NCBI GenBank assembly: GCA_025594325.1
Contig: JANHCV010000006.1
Location: forward strand, 558,001-622,000
Direction of reading: 5' to 3'
Length of the DNA: 64,000 nucleotides
Origin: Blastocladiella emersonii ATCC 22665
Taxonomy: Eukaryota; Fungi; Blastocladiomycota
Positions 62,913 to 64,000 of this stretch are shown piece by piece (position 1 is the first letter of the stretch; every line of letters starts with the position of its first letter). The notes under the pieces were generated by a model. That model was not told where the DNA came from and made no database searches. It was given only the letters and a program-made list of their open reading frames with translations. A program made the translations under genes and the position numbers.

Positions 62913-63060
62913 TGCGTCGAGTGGCAGTCGAGTTCAGAGCGTTACATGGGCGACGTCGCGCGTGTCGGGGAGCGGCGGCCTCGTCAACGCGCTTCCCGCT
63001 CTCATACTTCGAGGCTCAAGCACGATCCCAGGTGTATCACCATCCATCTCTCAAGCTCCG

Positions 63061-63497
63061 TCACGATGATGTCCGCGCGCTCGCGTTGATAGCCGACCCG
63101 ATGCGGTTGTACAGCTGCTGGCGCGTCGTGTCCGGGACCATCTCTATCCTCGCGCGCGCAGGCCGCGACGTGAGTGTCTCTCCCACCCATGAGCAACGAC
63201 GTCGCACGACAACAGACGCATACCCTGAGCAACCGGCAGCACCTGCGCCATGATCGAGTCGACGGTGACACGGTCGATGCCCTCACGGTCAATCACCTCC
63301 TTGATCTTGAGCCGCACCTGGTCCCGCCACCCGCTCTCGGCGAGCTGTTCCCGGAGAAAGTCCTTGACCCTAAGAATCCATTATTGTTGGTGTGAGGCTA
63401 CGTGAGAACCGCAAGAAGTCCATCGCCGCGCGGAGCCGCCGTACTGCTCGCGCTGCCCCGACACGACGAGTTTCTGGTACACGGCTTGGTGGTCCAT
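63061..63497 (-). CDS. SUS1: SAGA/TREX-2 subunit Sus1/ENY2 (three exons)
   Basis: QKLVVSGQRE | RVKDFLREQLAESGWRDQV...VTVDSI | MVPDTTRQQLYNRI. Confidence 0.8.
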
Positions 63498-64000
63498 GTC
63501 AGGATGTGTGTTTCAGTGCAGGGAGAGGCGGGACCGCCGCGAGTGCCCTTGACAGAGCGGAGAACCGGCGAGGGAGCGGCGACGCGTGCGTGCGCTCGCT
63601 CGCGCTGCGTCACGCCGGACTTGCAGCGGCTGCCCTGCTGCGCCTAACCGTCGCGCGCCTTGGCCGCGGACCACTCGACGGCCGATATGGATGAAAATTG
63701 CGGCCCTGGCCATCGAGCACAGGCGGGAAGCGCTGGAACGCTCGCAATGTCATTGCCGCCGCCGTCGCCACGGACGCCTTGGCCCGAGGCCCGATCCCAT
63801 CATTAAGTAGCAGCGCGAGTCCAGGTTCTATCAACCACTTGCTGCGCAGTCCCATCAGGCTCGAGCTCCGTGAGTGGGCTAGCGAAGGCGGTTACTTTCA
63901 AGGCGCGGACGCCAGTCGCCTACTGTGTACGCACCTGTACGATCCCACCTTCGAGTCGCTGATGACGACAAAGATCATGATCTGCTGCAGGAGCGTATGT

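Overview
GC-rich, intron-containing eukaryotic DNA, most likely a zoosporic (flagellated) fungus. This is inferred from a DRC12/CCDC153-like gene, the fungal-type gene set and short GT-AG introns. Ordinary host genes fill both flanks: SPX-RING, MAPEG, EEP hydrolase, fibrillarin, MFS transporter, polo kinase, PSMG1, PET191, ATG18, G-patch/ZnF and SUS1. A four-copy tandem array of an unrecognised ~780-aa gene family lies at 6.1-16.8 kb. The main feature is an apparently complete endogenous Polinton-like virus (PLV) at 26225..49570, 23.3 kb, or ~18.05 kb without a nested retrotransposon. It has ~611-bp terminal inverted repeats, TG...CA ends and a 5-bp target-site duplication (GTACG). It encodes a TVpol-like primase/SF3 helicase (no protein-primed PolB), a tyrosine recombinase next to an rve integrase, a repeat-rich fibre, an A32-like packaging ATPase, minor and major capsid proteins, small Cys-rich proteins and an HNH-AP2 nuclease. 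Each end is a perfect 26-bp palindrome. That is the footprint expected if a hairpin-ended linear genome were integrated by nicking at CA and later excised by a telomere-resolvase-like tyrosine recombinase (hypothesis). A young Ty3/gypsy chromovirus (41851..47137) splits a viral RING-like gene and shows a self-priming PBS and a -1 frameshift signal. All calls come from motif recognition by eye; no database search was run.
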